Source of the DNA: Christensenellaceae bacterium | Lineage (GTDB): Bacteria; Bacillota; Clostridia; Christensenellales; CAG-138 | Direction of reading: 5' to 3' | Length of the DNA: 64,000 nucleotides | Assembly: GCA_963666935.1 (NCBI GenBank) | Contig: OY762936.1 | Location: 861,933 to 925,932 of the forward strand | Shown here: positions 1 through 8,654 of the stretch, piece by piece | Position numbering within the stretch: position 1 is the stretch's first letter | How the letters are laid out: every line of letters starts with the position of its first letter | Made by a program: the position numbers and the translations under genes | The notes under the pieces: model-generated | Database searches by the model: none | What the model saw: the letters and a program-made list of their open reading frames with translations, nothing else | What the model was told of the DNA's origin: nothing

Positions 1-2
1 AA

Positions 3-98
3 AATAGCAGATGTAATATTAACATGTTTTCGAATGTATTTCTTGTGAAATCACAAGAAATACGCTTTGATACTCTTGAATTTGTCGAGTGGGACTAA
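3..98 (+). CDS. 3' end of an unidentified CDS entering from the left edge (...LEFVEWD*)
   Basis: The frame is open from the window edge to TAA at 96-98, and a strong intrinsic terminator follows 9 nt later. 31 aa is too short to assign a family. Confidence 0.25.
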   Translation, partial: NSRCNINMFSNVFLVKSQEIRFDTLEFVEWD

Positions 99-106
99 AT
101 AATCAA

Positions 107-151
107 ATCCCGGAAACCCGCTAAATAAGCGGGTTTTCGGGATTCTTTTTT
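107..151 (+). terminator. Rho-independent terminator
   Basis: 15-bp stem ATCCCGGAAACCCGC / GCGGGTTTTCGGGAT (one G-U), 7-nt loop, then TCTTTTTT. Confidence 0.85.
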
Positions 152-199
152 GCCTTTTGATAACAGGAGCATTTAGGCATTTATTCCGCGTTTGACTGT

Positions 200-529
200 T
201 TGCTTCTTGAACAGCTTTCTAACCTCAACCTGACTTATGCGGTAAGAAACGCGCCCATAATCAATAATGCCACGATGGAGGACGCACAAGCTTCTGGGTT
301 GGGTCAATATGCCAGAATTGTTTCCACGGGGTGTGATGCGCCGGGTGTGTTGCTTGATGAGTGCAGCGAAGCGTTCTTGGACATCTTTTATGGTGCGGAC
401 ATCGTGATCAGCAAAGGGCAGGGCAATTACGAAACACTATCGGATTGTGATAGGAATATATACTTTCTGCTGAAAGCCAAATGTCTGGTGCTTGCGGGGC
501 TGCTGGACGTGGGGTTAAACGATTTTTAA
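200..529 (+). pseudogene. 5'-truncated remnant of a DUF89 / ARMT1-like damage-control phosphatase
   Basis: PIINNATMEDA...ADIVISKGQGNYETL...IYFLLKAKC matches only the C-terminal third of DUF89 proteins (KGQGNYE motif). The frame is closed upstream, only a TTG start is available, and the N-terminal two thirds are absent. Confidence 0.65.
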
Positions 530-573
530 GTATAATGAACGTGACAAAGCAAAAGAACAAAGTGAGGTTCCAT

Positions 574-1047
574 ATGGCAAGACCAACGAAATTGCGGCAA
601 ATTGAGCATATTCCAGCAATTGAGCACTTTATACCGTCGGATCAAGGAACAATTCAATTTGATGAAAACGTTTTAAAGCTGGAAGAGCTTGAAGCGATAC
701 GGCTGAAAGATCTGGAGGGTCTAGAGCAGGAGGAATGCGCGACAAAGATGCAGGTGTCCCGTCCGACTTTCCAGCGAATACTCCTCTCGGCGCGCGAGAA
801 GGTTGCGGATAGCCTAATCAAAGGAAAAGCAATTCGTATTGAGGGCGGCAATTTTACGCGCAATATATGTCCGGTACGATGCATTAAATGCGGGCACGAA
901 TGGACAGAAGGCTTTGAAAACATGGAGAGGATCGGTAATGGAGAATATGTTTGCCCTAAGTGCGGCTCAAAGAATATTATCTGCGGCCGTGGCGGGAGAG
1001 GTAAGTTTTGTAAAGGTCATTGCCATCGGTATGGGAGAAACGAATAA
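574..1047 (+). CDS. DUF134 (UPF0251) family DNA-binding protein with C-terminal zinc ribbon
   Basis: MARPTKLR...LKLEELEAIRLKDLEGLEQEECATKMQVSRPTFQRIL is the DUF134 HTH core. ATG 574 follows GTGAGG. The C-terminus carries CIKC...CPKC plus a Cys/His/Arg-rich tail. Confidence 0.8.
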   Translation: MARPTKLRQIEHIPAIEHFIPSDQGTIQFDENVLKLEELEAIRLKDLEGLEQEECATKMQVSRPTFQRILLSAREKVADSLIKGKAIRIEGGNFTRNICPVRCIKCGHEWTEGFENMERIGNGEYVCPKCGSKNIICGRGGRGKFCKGHCHRYGRNE

Positions 1048-1131
1048 TAAATTGGCATAGTTTGTGACATTGTTACGGTTCATGATTAGTTACGGGCATA
1101 TGATTATAAAAAACGTAAAGAGGTGCATCAT

Positions 1132-2136
1132 ATGCTTAGCAAAGCTTTTTGGGGTGTTCTTAAATCCCTACAGAAGAAATTAATATTGAGTATTCCAATA
1201 TCAATGGTTTTAGGACTAGTTGTTGGGTATTTTTTCAATGTGGCTTTTCTAAAAGAGTTGATCATACCGTTTACATTCCTAATGGTCTATCCAATGATGG
1301 TGACGATAAAGATTAAAGAACTGGTTCGAATAGGGAATGTTAAACTACAAATTAGCGCACAGATTATTAACTTCCTTGTCATTCCGTTTTTGGGATTTGG
1401 AATCGGATTGCTGTTTTTTAAAGATAATCCTTTGGCAATAACCGGATTGCTTCTTACATCTCTTCTGCCGACATCCGGAATGACGATATCATGGACGGGT
1501 TTTTCAAAAGGAAACGTATCTGCTGCAATTAATATGACGATAATCGGTCTTATTTTAGGCTCTTTACTAACGCCGATATATATCAAAGTATTAATGGGTA
1601 CAGAAGTGAATGTTTCGCTTATTGCAGTGTTTAAGCAAATCGCGTTTATCGTGTTTATTCCTTTAATTGCTGGATACCTGACACAATGGCTGATTATTAA
1701 AAAAGCCGGAATTGACAAATTTGAAGGGAGCATCAAACAGAAATTTCCGATGGTTTCAACAATTGGCGTTCTCGCAATTGTTTTCATCTCTATGGCGATG
1801 AAGGCAAAGAGCATTATCGAGAATCCAGTCATATTATTGTATTACTTGGTGCCGTTGGCAATACTATATTTAATAAATTTCATTATCAGCACTGTATTGG
1901 GGAGATGGTTATTTGCCAAAAAAGATGCTATTGCATTGGTGTATGGTACGGTTATGAGGAATCTGTCCATCGCATTGGCAATCGCCATGGGGGTCTTTGG
2001 AGAGAACGGTTCCGACATTGCGCTTATCATCGCGCTGGCTTATATCATTCAGGTTCAAGCCGCTGCATGGTATGTTAAGCTTACGAGTACGTTTTTTGCG
2101 GAAACGCCTGCGATAAAAAGAACTCATGCAAACTAG
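1132..2136 (+). CDS. ACR3 / bile acid:Na+ symporter (BASS) fold transporter
   Basis: About 10 predicted TM helices. LLPTSGMTISWTGFSKGN aligns with the ACR3 APCTAMV region but lacks the Cys. ATG 1132 sits 7 nt after AAAGAGGTG. Confidence 0.6.
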   Translation: MLSKAFWGVLKSLQKKLILSIPISMVLGLVVGYFFNVAFLKELIIPFTFLMVYPMMVTIKIKELVRIGNVKLQISAQIINFLVIPFLGFGIGLLFFKDNPLAITGLLLTSLLPTSGMTISWTGFSKGNVSAAINMTIIGLILGSLLTPIYIKVLMGTEVNVSLIAVFKQIAFIVFIPLIAGYLTQWLIIKKAGIDKFEGSIKQKFPMVSTIGVLAIVFISMAMKAKSIIENPVILLYYLVPLAILYLINFIISTVLGRWLFAKKDAIALVYGTVMRNLSIALAIAMGVFGENGSDIALIIALAYIIQVQAAAWYVKLTSTFFAETPAIKRTHAN

Positions 2137-2355
2137 TGGTTGTGCACTGTCTGAACGAGAATGATAGGCCCGCAATGATGGAACAAGCGGATTGTCCTTC
2201 AAAGATAAATGAATCAATACTGACATATGCTCATTTATTAATAAGTTATGGGTGTTTGCGGCAGCCGTGCTCATCGGGGTTTGCACTATGATCTGTCTTG
2301 CAGTAAAAAAGAAATCGATACAACAGCATTAGATTGTAAGACGGATAGGACTGGG

Positions 2356-2396
2356 TAAAAAGAGCTAATGGATTTTATTTCAATTAGCTTTTTTTA
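2356..2396. terminator. Bidirectional hairpin terminator
   Basis: AGCTAAT / ATTAGCT stem flanked by an A-run and a T-run, lying between convergent genes. Confidence 0.55.
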
Positions 2397-2433
2397 TTCT
2401 TGAGACACATATTCATTCCCGCTTAGCGACATC

Positions 2434-3081
2434 TCAAAGCTTGCCGTGAAGGGTAATCGTTCGATTATCAATTTCAATGATTCTCTCATCTTTCATTTTT
2501 TTAAATTCTCTAAACAAAGATGGCCTTTGAACGCCCAAATAATCTGCAAGCTGTTTTTTACTGATGGGAAGCGTAATTTTTGATCCTCCCTGTATGATGG
2601 ATTGCTGTTTTAGGTAATCCCATAGATTTTCCCTGAGCGTTTTTTGCGTCATCATGGTGATTCTTTGGTTCATACCCTGAGAATTCATCGATAAGGATTT
2701 GACATATTGCATTACAAAATCATAATTGTGCAATAAGTTCATTACGGCCCTTTGCTCAATACAGAGCAGCTTACAGGCGGTTACGCTGTAGATGTTTAGC
2801 GGATAGTCATTTTTGCTTCCGAAAAGCAGGTTCGCTCCGATTATGCTATTTTTTTGAAATTCAAACATATTCATGGCGGAGCCATTTTCACCAAGTGAAT
2901 ATGCAACAAGCCTGCCAGACAGTACAACGTCCAGCGTGGTACAAGACTCATGCTGATGATGGATTGTGATTCCCTTGGCATAATGCTTGATGCGTATTTT
3001 GTTGTCCGTGCAAAATCGATCCAAAACAGCGGAATCTATTCCTGCCAGCAATGGTATCTGCCGTATCTCCTTGGTTATCAT
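2434..3081 (-). CDS. Crp/Fnr family transcriptional regulator
   Basis: N-terminal cNMP-binding-type beta-roll plus a C-terminal HTH (ISKKQLADYLGVQRPSLFREFKKMKDERII). Confidence 0.85.
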   Translation of the reverse strand: MITKEIRQIPLLAGIDSAVLDRFCTDNKIRIKHYAKGITIHHQHESCTTLDVVLSGRLVAYSLGENGSAMNMFEFQKNSIIGANLLFGSKNDYPLNIYSVTACKLLCIEQRAVMNLLHNYDFVMQYVKSLSMNSQGMNQRITMMTQKTLRENLWDYLKQQSIIQGGSKITLPISKKQLADYLGVQRPSLFREFKKMKDERIIEIDNRTITLHGKL

Positions 3082-3184
3082 ATAGATCGCACCTCTTGAA
3101 CTATTGTAGCAAAAAGAAACATTGGTGTCTATTTTCGGTTTGAAATACCGCCTATAATTTTTTTAAATCTGCAGGAGGTATCGT

Positions 3185-3667
3185 ATGGATGTATTGACGT
3201 TGGCGATGTGGGTTGGAACCGCTGTTTTTCTGATTTTTTCTATAATTAAAGATAAGAAAAAAACCAAACAAGCGCTTAAGATGGCGATTGGCATGGGGAA
3301 GGGAATGTTGAGCAGCATTTTGTCTATTATCTTTCTGATTGGTTTGATCTTAACCATTTTGCCTCCCCAAAGCATAGCTGAATTCATCGGCAATCAGTCG
3401 CTGCTGCTTGCAACGGTTGTTTCTGCCATATTCGGCACAATTACGTTGATTCCCGCTTTTATTGCGTTCCCGATGGTGGGTACGCTTGTAAATGCAGGCG
3501 TGGGAATCGTTCCAGCCGTTGCTTTTTTGACAACGCTTACAATGGTTGGCATCGTAACTTTTCCGCTTGAAAGGCGTGAATTCGGTCTGAAATTTACCAT
3601 TGTAAGAAACGGACTCAGTTTTATATTTGCCATAATAATTGCACTTGGCATGGGGGTGATACTATGA
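3185..3667 (+). CDS. Permease subunit, COG0701/DUF318 (ArsP-like) family, half-size
   Basis: 160-aa polytopic protein. It resembles the small subunit of the 'two-component membrane permease complex' family. RBS is GGAGGT, and its stop overlaps the next start (ATGA). Confidence 0.6.
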   Translation: MDVLTLAMWVGTAVFLIFSIIKDKKKTKQALKMAIGMGKGMLSSILSIIFLIGLILTILPPQSIAEFIGNQSLLLATVVSAIFGTITLIPAFIAFPMVGTLVNAGVGIVPAVAFLTTLTMVGIVTFPLERREFGLKFTIVRNGLSFIFAIIIALGMGVIL

Positions 3668-4446
3668 AAATCCTTAGGAAAGTAAAAGATAATTTGTTCA
3701 TCATAGTCATTCTCGTTGCATATATCGTCCTGTTCATTATCAGGCCGAGCATGGGGATCACTTCTGTGAAAAATAGCGTTTATTACATAAAAGAGATGAT
3801 CATGATTATGCCGGTCATCTTCGTCTTAACCGCGCTTCTGGATACTTGGGTGCCCAAGGAACAGATCATGAAATTTCTTGGAAAAGAAGCCAAGGCAAAA
3901 GGCGCCGTTTTTTCCCTTATACTTGGAAGCATATCAGCGGGGCCAATTTATGCGGCATTCCCGTTATGTGTCATGCTCCATAAAAAAGGTGCTTCCACCA
4001 GAAATCTGGTCATCATTCTAAGTGCATGGGCAGTTATAAAAGTTCCGATGCTGCTCAATGAGCTGAAGTTTCTGGGGTTTCAATTTATGGCAGTCCGTTG
4101 GGTTCTGACTGTCATTGCGATCTTGATTTTTTCCTATATTACAGCAAAAATCGTTAAAGACAGTGATTTGCCGGAAAAAAATCTGGAATCCCATAAAAAC
4201 AGCGAATCCATTTTAATTAACAAATCTGCCTGTATGGGGTGCTCCCTCTGTGCCCAAAAATATCCTGAATTATTTGAGATGGAAAACAAGCGGGCCTCCC
4301 TCAAAAAAAATGAAGGGAGCATAGATCGGGAAAAACTAATGCTGGCAGTGAACGCATGCCCCGTCAAAGCAATCGTTTTGTCTGAAGATTTTCAGTGCCA
4401 ACAGCCGGCAGCTGCCACAGGGGAGAACATTCACGAGACTATTTAG
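3664..4446 (+). CDS. Permease subunit (COG0701/DUF318 family) fused to a C-terminal 4Fe-4S ferredoxin-like domain
   Basis: TM core (GSISAGPIYAAFPLCVMLHKKG) followed by a soluble tail CMGCSLCAQKYPELF...ACPVKAI (CxxCxxC...CP). Confidence 0.6.
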   Translation: MKILRKVKDNLFIIVILVAYIVLFIIRPSMGITSVKNSVYYIKEMIMIMPVIFVLTALLDTWVPKEQIMKFLGKEAKAKGAVFSLILGSISAGPIYAAFPLCVMLHKKGASTRNLVIILSAWAVIKVPMLLNELKFLGFQFMAVRWVLTVIAILIFSYITAKIVKDSDLPEKNLESHKNSESILINKSACMGCSLCAQKYPELFEMENKRASLKKNEGSIDREKLMLAVNACPVKAIVLSEDFQCQQPAAATGENIHETI

Positions 4447-4537
4447 TGGGGCATGGTGTGATGCAAATGAAGCTTGAAATCGTGGCAAGAATGCCGGTCT
4501 AATGCAAGGATAGTGATAGCACCATCATTCATCAATA

Positions 4538-4546
4538 TGTTATAAT
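4538..4546 (+). promoter_or_regulatory. Extended -10 promoter element (TGtTATAAT)
   Basis: TGTTATAAT lies 23 nt upstream of the 4569 start. The -35 is poor. Confidence 0.5.
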
Positions 4547-4568
4547 TTGAAGAAAGGAAGTGATTAAA

Positions 4569-5342
4569 ATGAAAAAGAGCATAACAGTACTGGTGGTTGT
4601 AACCTTTCTTTCCATGATTGTTGTGAATGCGCTGGCTAATTTACTTCCGATCAACGGTGTTGATACGGGCGCAGTATCAAATTCTTATCCAAACCTCTTT
4701 GCGCCTGCAGCGCTTACTTTCTCAATATGGGGCCTCATTTACTTATTGCTTGCAGGATATACGTTTTATCAGTTGGGGATTATCAATAAAAAAGACAGTA
4801 TCAGCAAAGCGCTATTAAACAAGATAGGCATCGTGTTCTCCATATCATCTGTGGCAAATGCGTTGTGGATTTTTACCTGGCATTACAAAATGATCTATTT
4901 ATCTATGGTTCTGATGGCAATTATCTTAATTTGCCTTATTGTGATCGTCGAAGCAACCAGAAAAGAGAGTCTAACCGTAAAAGAAAAAATATTCGTCAAG
5001 TTGCCCTTCAGCATATACTTTGGCTGGATCACTGTCGCAACAATTGCAAACATGACCGCATTATTGGTTAGCCTCGGCTGGAATGGTTTTGGCATATCCG
5101 AAACCATCTGGACCGTTATCATTGTTGCCGTAGGCGCCATAATCGGCATAGCAACCATTCTAAGAAACAAAGACTATGCGTATGGGCTGGTAATCATCTG
5201 GGCATACATTGGCATTTTAATGAAACACGTGTCTTCAAGCGGGTTTGCCAGCATGTATCCTGCTATCATAACAACGGTACTGATCGCATTATCGCTTGTG
5301 GCTGTTGCGGATGTGTTTGCGATTGTTAAAAAGACATACTGA
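4569..5342 (+). CDS. TspO/MBR-related (tryptophan-rich sensory protein-like) membrane protein
   Basis: Multi-TM protein with ALANLLPINGVDTGAVSNSYPNLFAPAALTFSIWGLIYLLLA. RBS is GAAAGGAAG. Confidence 0.45.
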   Translation: MKKSITVLVVVTFLSMIVVNALANLLPINGVDTGAVSNSYPNLFAPAALTFSIWGLIYLLLAGYTFYQLGIINKKDSISKALLNKIGIVFSISSVANALWIFTWHYKMIYLSMVLMAIILICLIVIVEATRKESLTVKEKIFVKLPFSIYFGWITVATIANMTALLVSLGWNGFGISETIWTVIIVAVGAIIGIATILRNKDYAYGLVIIWAYIGILMKHVSSSGFASMYPAIITTVLIALSLVAVADVFAIVKKTY

Positions 5343-5392
5343 TTCGTAACAAAAGTATACTTAATGACGCGCCAATAAGGTGTAAAGATAGG

Positions 5393-5428
5393 AGTCCTCC
5401 GAAAACTTGTTGTTTTCGGAGGACTTTT
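5393..5428. terminator. Hairpin terminator between convergent genes
   Basis: 14-bp stem AGTCCTCCGAAAAC / GTTTTCGGAGGACT followed by TTTT. Confidence 0.8.
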
Positions 5429-5496
5429 ATTAACGCGTTAATTGCGACAAAAGATGGAGCCTGTTGCGGCCCCCTTTGCACGTATCTCTGTTTGAT

Positions 5497-6186
5497 TCAG
5501 CGGGAAGGCTTGTCGAGATCCGCATCGTTGCTATAGCCGTAGTTTTCCCAATACCCTTTATAGGTATCGTCCGATGAGAGTTCGATACGGTTGACTCATC
5601 GGGCCCATTTGTAACCCCACTTCTGCTCAGCGACAAGGATGAATGGATACCCCATCTCCGGCGGCAGCGCGGTACCGTTTGCATCGTAAGCCAATATGAG
5701 ATTGTTGTCTAATATCTCCTGCAACGGCAACGACGTAGTGTACCCGTCCACGGCGTGAAAGATGATGGTGTTTACTTCCGCCTTCGGGCTTACCCCCTCA
5801 ATCAGCGTTTTCATAGGGACGCCTTTCCAGAGGATGTTGGCATCCCAGCCTTCCACGCAATACAGTCGGAGCAGCCGCTCTTCGCTGGGTAGATTTATAA
5901 CGTCATCATAAGTATAGGTTTGCGGCTGATCTGCCAAACCATCGACCGTCAATTGATAGGAAGAAATATCGACGAACTGTATGCCTTTGATCGAATTGTC
6001 CCGCGGCCCAACTGCGGGGTCCAGCTTCTCGCCATTATACTCGCGCAGTTCCCCGTCGCGATAGCGCTCCATCGTCGCAGCCGAAACCACGTCTACTTCT
6101 GGGGTTGTTTCAGATGGCTGAGCCGGCGCAACACATCCAGTGAGCAGCATGATCGCCATCAAAAGCAATGGAATCTGTTTTTTCAT
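5497..6186 (-). pseudogene. Molybdopterin-dependent oxidoreductase (YedY/MsrP-like Moco domain) lipoprotein, interrupted by an in-frame TGA
   Basis: Lipobox LLTGC and a Moco-binding-domain core. The ORF stops at TGA 5596-5598 in ...QKWGYKWAR*VNRIELSSDDTYKGYWENYGYSND. The same frame stays open for 32 more family-like codons, to TGA at 5497. Confidence 0.7.
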
Positions 6187-6418
6187 CGGCGATCCTCCCT
6201 ATAAGACTAAAATTAATTATAACATACAGAAATATCAAGATCAATTTAACCGCTGGGGGGCCGCATCCCCTGGAAATCAAGAAGAAAACACCCTCGCTAA
6301 ATATTCCCCAAATTTCACACTTTTGCTATAGACACATTCAAATCGGGGTGCTATAATTGCTTTCAGTATTATATTAACACTGTTAGCTAATTGGATAGGG
6401 AATAAAGGTGGAATAACA

Positions 6419-6883
6419 ATGGATGTTAAGACTCTGGCAGCTGAAATGCTGCAGAAGACTAGGATGCTGATGAAAGCAAACGGCCCCAAACAGATTGGAG
6501 CGATGCTTCACGGCGAAATGTTCATTATGCATTACATTTTGCAAAAGAACGATGATGTGCTCCCCAGTGAGATAGCGGCGGCGATGGGTGTCAGCACGGC
6601 GAGGGTGGCGATGGCGCTCAAAAGCATGGAGAAAAAGGGGGTTATTGAACGCAGGCCGGATCAAACCGATCGGAGGAAGGTTCGCGTATCCATCACCGAA
6701 TACGGCAAAAGTCTCATCCGGGAACGGCACAAAAATTTGGTTCGCAAAATGGAGCAAATCCTGATGGAATTAGGCGAGGCGGACGCACAAGAATATATCC
6801 GCATTGTCACACGTATGATCGAAATATCGAAAAAACTCAACGGCGGATCAAACGACGAATGTACCCATTATCATTGTAGTTAG
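6419..6883 (+). CDS. MarR family transcriptional regulator
   Basis: Winged HTH: PSEIAAAMGVSTARVAMALKSMEKKGVIERRPDQTDRRKVRVSITEYG. Confidence 0.9.
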   Translation: MDVKTLAAEMLQKTRMLMKANGPKQIGAMLHGEMFIMHYILQKNDDVLPSEIAAAMGVSTARVAMALKSMEKKGVIERRPDQTDRRKVRVSITEYGKSLIRERHKNLVRKMEQILMELGEADAQEYIRIVTRMIEISKKLNGGSNDECTHYHCS

Positions 6884-6893
6884 GAGAAATCGC

Positions 6894-8654
6894 ATGATCA
6901 AAATTCTAAAATATCTTAAACCAAAGGAATGGCTGCTGATCCTGGTGTGCGTGGGCTTTCTTTTTGCGCAGACCTGGCTGAATCTCAAGCTGCCGGACTA
7001 TATTACAGACATTACAAAGTATGTCGAAACGCCGGGCAGCACAATGTCCCAAATCTGGGAGACAGGCGGCAAAATGCTACTTTGCACGCTGGGCAGTGCG
7101 GCGACGTCCATCATCGTCGGCTTTTTTGCTTCCCGGATCGCGGCGCGCTTTTCGCAGCGGATAAGGGGCAAGCTTTTCCACAAAGTTGAGGATTTCTCCA
7201 TGGAGGAGATCAACGGCTTCTCCACGGCGAGTCTCATTACGCGCTCCACCAACGACATTACGCAGATCCAAAGGTTCATCGCGATGGGACTGCAGATTAT
7301 CATTGCCGCGCCGATCATGGCCGTGTGGGCTGTCGCCAAGATATCCACAAAGAGCTGGGAGTGGATGACGATGACGGGTGGTGCGGTGGTCGTTCTCTTG
7401 ATTTTGATCGTCTCGATTATGATTTACGCCTTGCCAAAATTTAAAAAGATCCAGTGGCTGACAGATAATTTGAACCGCGTAACGCGGGAGAATCTGACGG
7501 GGATCCGCGTCGTCCGGGCGTATAACGCCGAAAGCTACGAGCAAGCAAAATTCGAGGGTGCCAACAGTGATATTACAAACAACAATCTCTCCGTTATGCG
7601 GGCCATGGCCGTGTTCAATCCGGGCATGCGCCTGATCATGAGCGGCTTGACGCTGGGCATCTATTGGATTGGGGCGTATATTATCAACGCTGCCGTCGGC
7701 ATGGATAAACTCAGCGCGTTTTCGAACATGGTGGCGTTTTCCGGTTATGCCATGCAGGTTATTATGGCGTTTATGATGCTTACCATGATCTTTATCATGG
7801 CGCCGCGGGTTCAGGTGGCGGCCAAGCGCGTCAACGAGGTTCTGGATACGAAGCCAAAGATTCTTGACGGCAAGATAACCGAGTCTCCGGCGGGCGTTGT
7901 GGGCGAGGTAGAATTTAAAAATGTAAGCTTTAAATACCCCGATGCCGAAGATTATGTCTTGCATGATATCAGCTTCAAGGCAAAAAAAGGCGAGACGGTC
8001 GCCTTCATTGGCTCAACCGGCAGCGGCAAGTCCACGCTGATCAATCTTTTGCCGCGCTTCTATGACGTTACGGAGGGACAGGTGCTGGTGGATGGCGTCG
8101 ATGTGCGCGACTATACGCAGGAAGCGCTGCGCAACAAGCTGGGCTACGTCCCGCAGCGCGCCGTGCTGTTCACCGGAACGGTGCGCTCCAACGTCAACTT
8201 CGGCGACAACGGCAAAGCGCCGGGCACCGAGGAAGAAATCAAGCGCGCCGTTGAAATTGCGCAGGGTAACGGCTTTGTGGAGCAAATGGAGGGCCAATAC
8301 GATGCCCACATCGCGCAGGGAGGAACGAATGTGTCCGGCGGGCAGAAGCAGCGTTTGGCCATCGCCCGCGCAATCTACAGGGAACCGGAAATCTATATTT
8401 TTGATGACTCATTCTCGGCGCTGGACTATAAAACCGACAGAATCCTGAGGTCGGCGCTGAAAAAAGAAACGTCGGGTGTCACGAGCTTTATTGTGGCGCA
8501 GCGCATTGGCACCATCCGGGATGCCGATCGAATTATCGTGCTCGAGGATGGGAATATGGTCGGCCAGGGCATCCATGACGAGCTGATGAAAAGCTGTGAG
8601 GTGTATCAGCAGATTGCCTACTCTCAACTCTCAAAGGAGGAACTCGGCGCATGA
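6894..8654 (+). CDS. ABC exporter, fused permease/ATPase (heterodimer half 1)
   Basis: Six-TM domain plus Walker A GSTGSGKST, signature VSGGQKQR and Walker B IYIFDD. Confidence 0.9.
   Translation: MIKILKYLKPKEWLLILVCVGFLFAQTWLNLKLPDYITDITKYVETPGSTMSQIWETGGKMLLCTLGSAATSIIVGFFASRIAARFSQRIRGKLFHKVEDFSMEEINGFSTASLITRSTNDITQIQRFIAMGLQIIIAAPIMAVWAVAKISTKSWEWMTMTGGAVVVLLILIVSIMIYALPKFKKIQWLTDNLNRVTRENLTGIRVVRAYNAESYEQAKFEGANSDITNNNLSVMRAMAVFNPGMRLIMSGLTLGIYWIGAYIINAAVGMDKLSAFSNMVAFSGYAMQVIMAFMMLTMIFIMAPRVQVAAKRVNEVLDTKPKILDGKITESPAGVVGEVEFKNVSFKYPDAEDYVLHDISFKAKKGETVAFIGSTGSGKSTLINLLPRFYDVTEGQVLVDGVDVRDYTQEALRNKLGYVPQRAVLFTGTVRSNVNFGDNGKAPGTEEEIKRAVEIAQGNGFVEQMEGQYDAHIAQGGTNVSGGQKQRLAIARAIYREPEIYIFDDSFSALDYKTDRILRSALKKETSGVTSFIVAQRIGTIRDADRIIVLEDGNMVGQGIHDELMKSCEVYQQIAYSQLSKEELGA

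Noticed and set aside
481-573. N-terminal extension of the DUF134 ORF (MSGACGAAGRG...) overlapping the DUF89 remnant.
   Set aside because: The family-typical N-terminus MARPTKLR starts at ATG 574 with an RBS (GTGAGG). The extension is low-complexity and overlaps another frame.
2252-2332. 26-codon hydrophobic mini-ORF (VFAAAVLIGVCTMICLAVKKKSIQQH) between the ACR3-like gene and crp.
   Set aside because: It has only a GTG start with no RBS, and no supporting conservation can be assessed. It is too short to call from sequence alone.
5596-5598. Selenocysteine or TGA-to-Trp recoding at the in-frame TGA of the Moco oxidoreductase.
   Set aside because: The column is Trp, not Cys or Sec, in the family as I recall it. 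Many neighbouring genes in this window terminate with TGA, so a global reassignment is excluded. A GTATCG/CGATAC hairpin 9 nt downstream is short and not SECIS-like enough. A nonsense mutation or sequencing error is more parsimonious.
7077-7964. 295-aa ORF antisense to the first ABC exporter gene. ORFs at 9224-10366, 24465-25442, 25346-26350 and 26940-28082 are similar.
   Set aside because: These are Arg/His/Gly-rich, low-complexity translations lying exactly opposite genes with unambiguous family motifs. They are typical shadow ORFs of GC-rich coding DNA, and none has an RBS or a recognisable domain.
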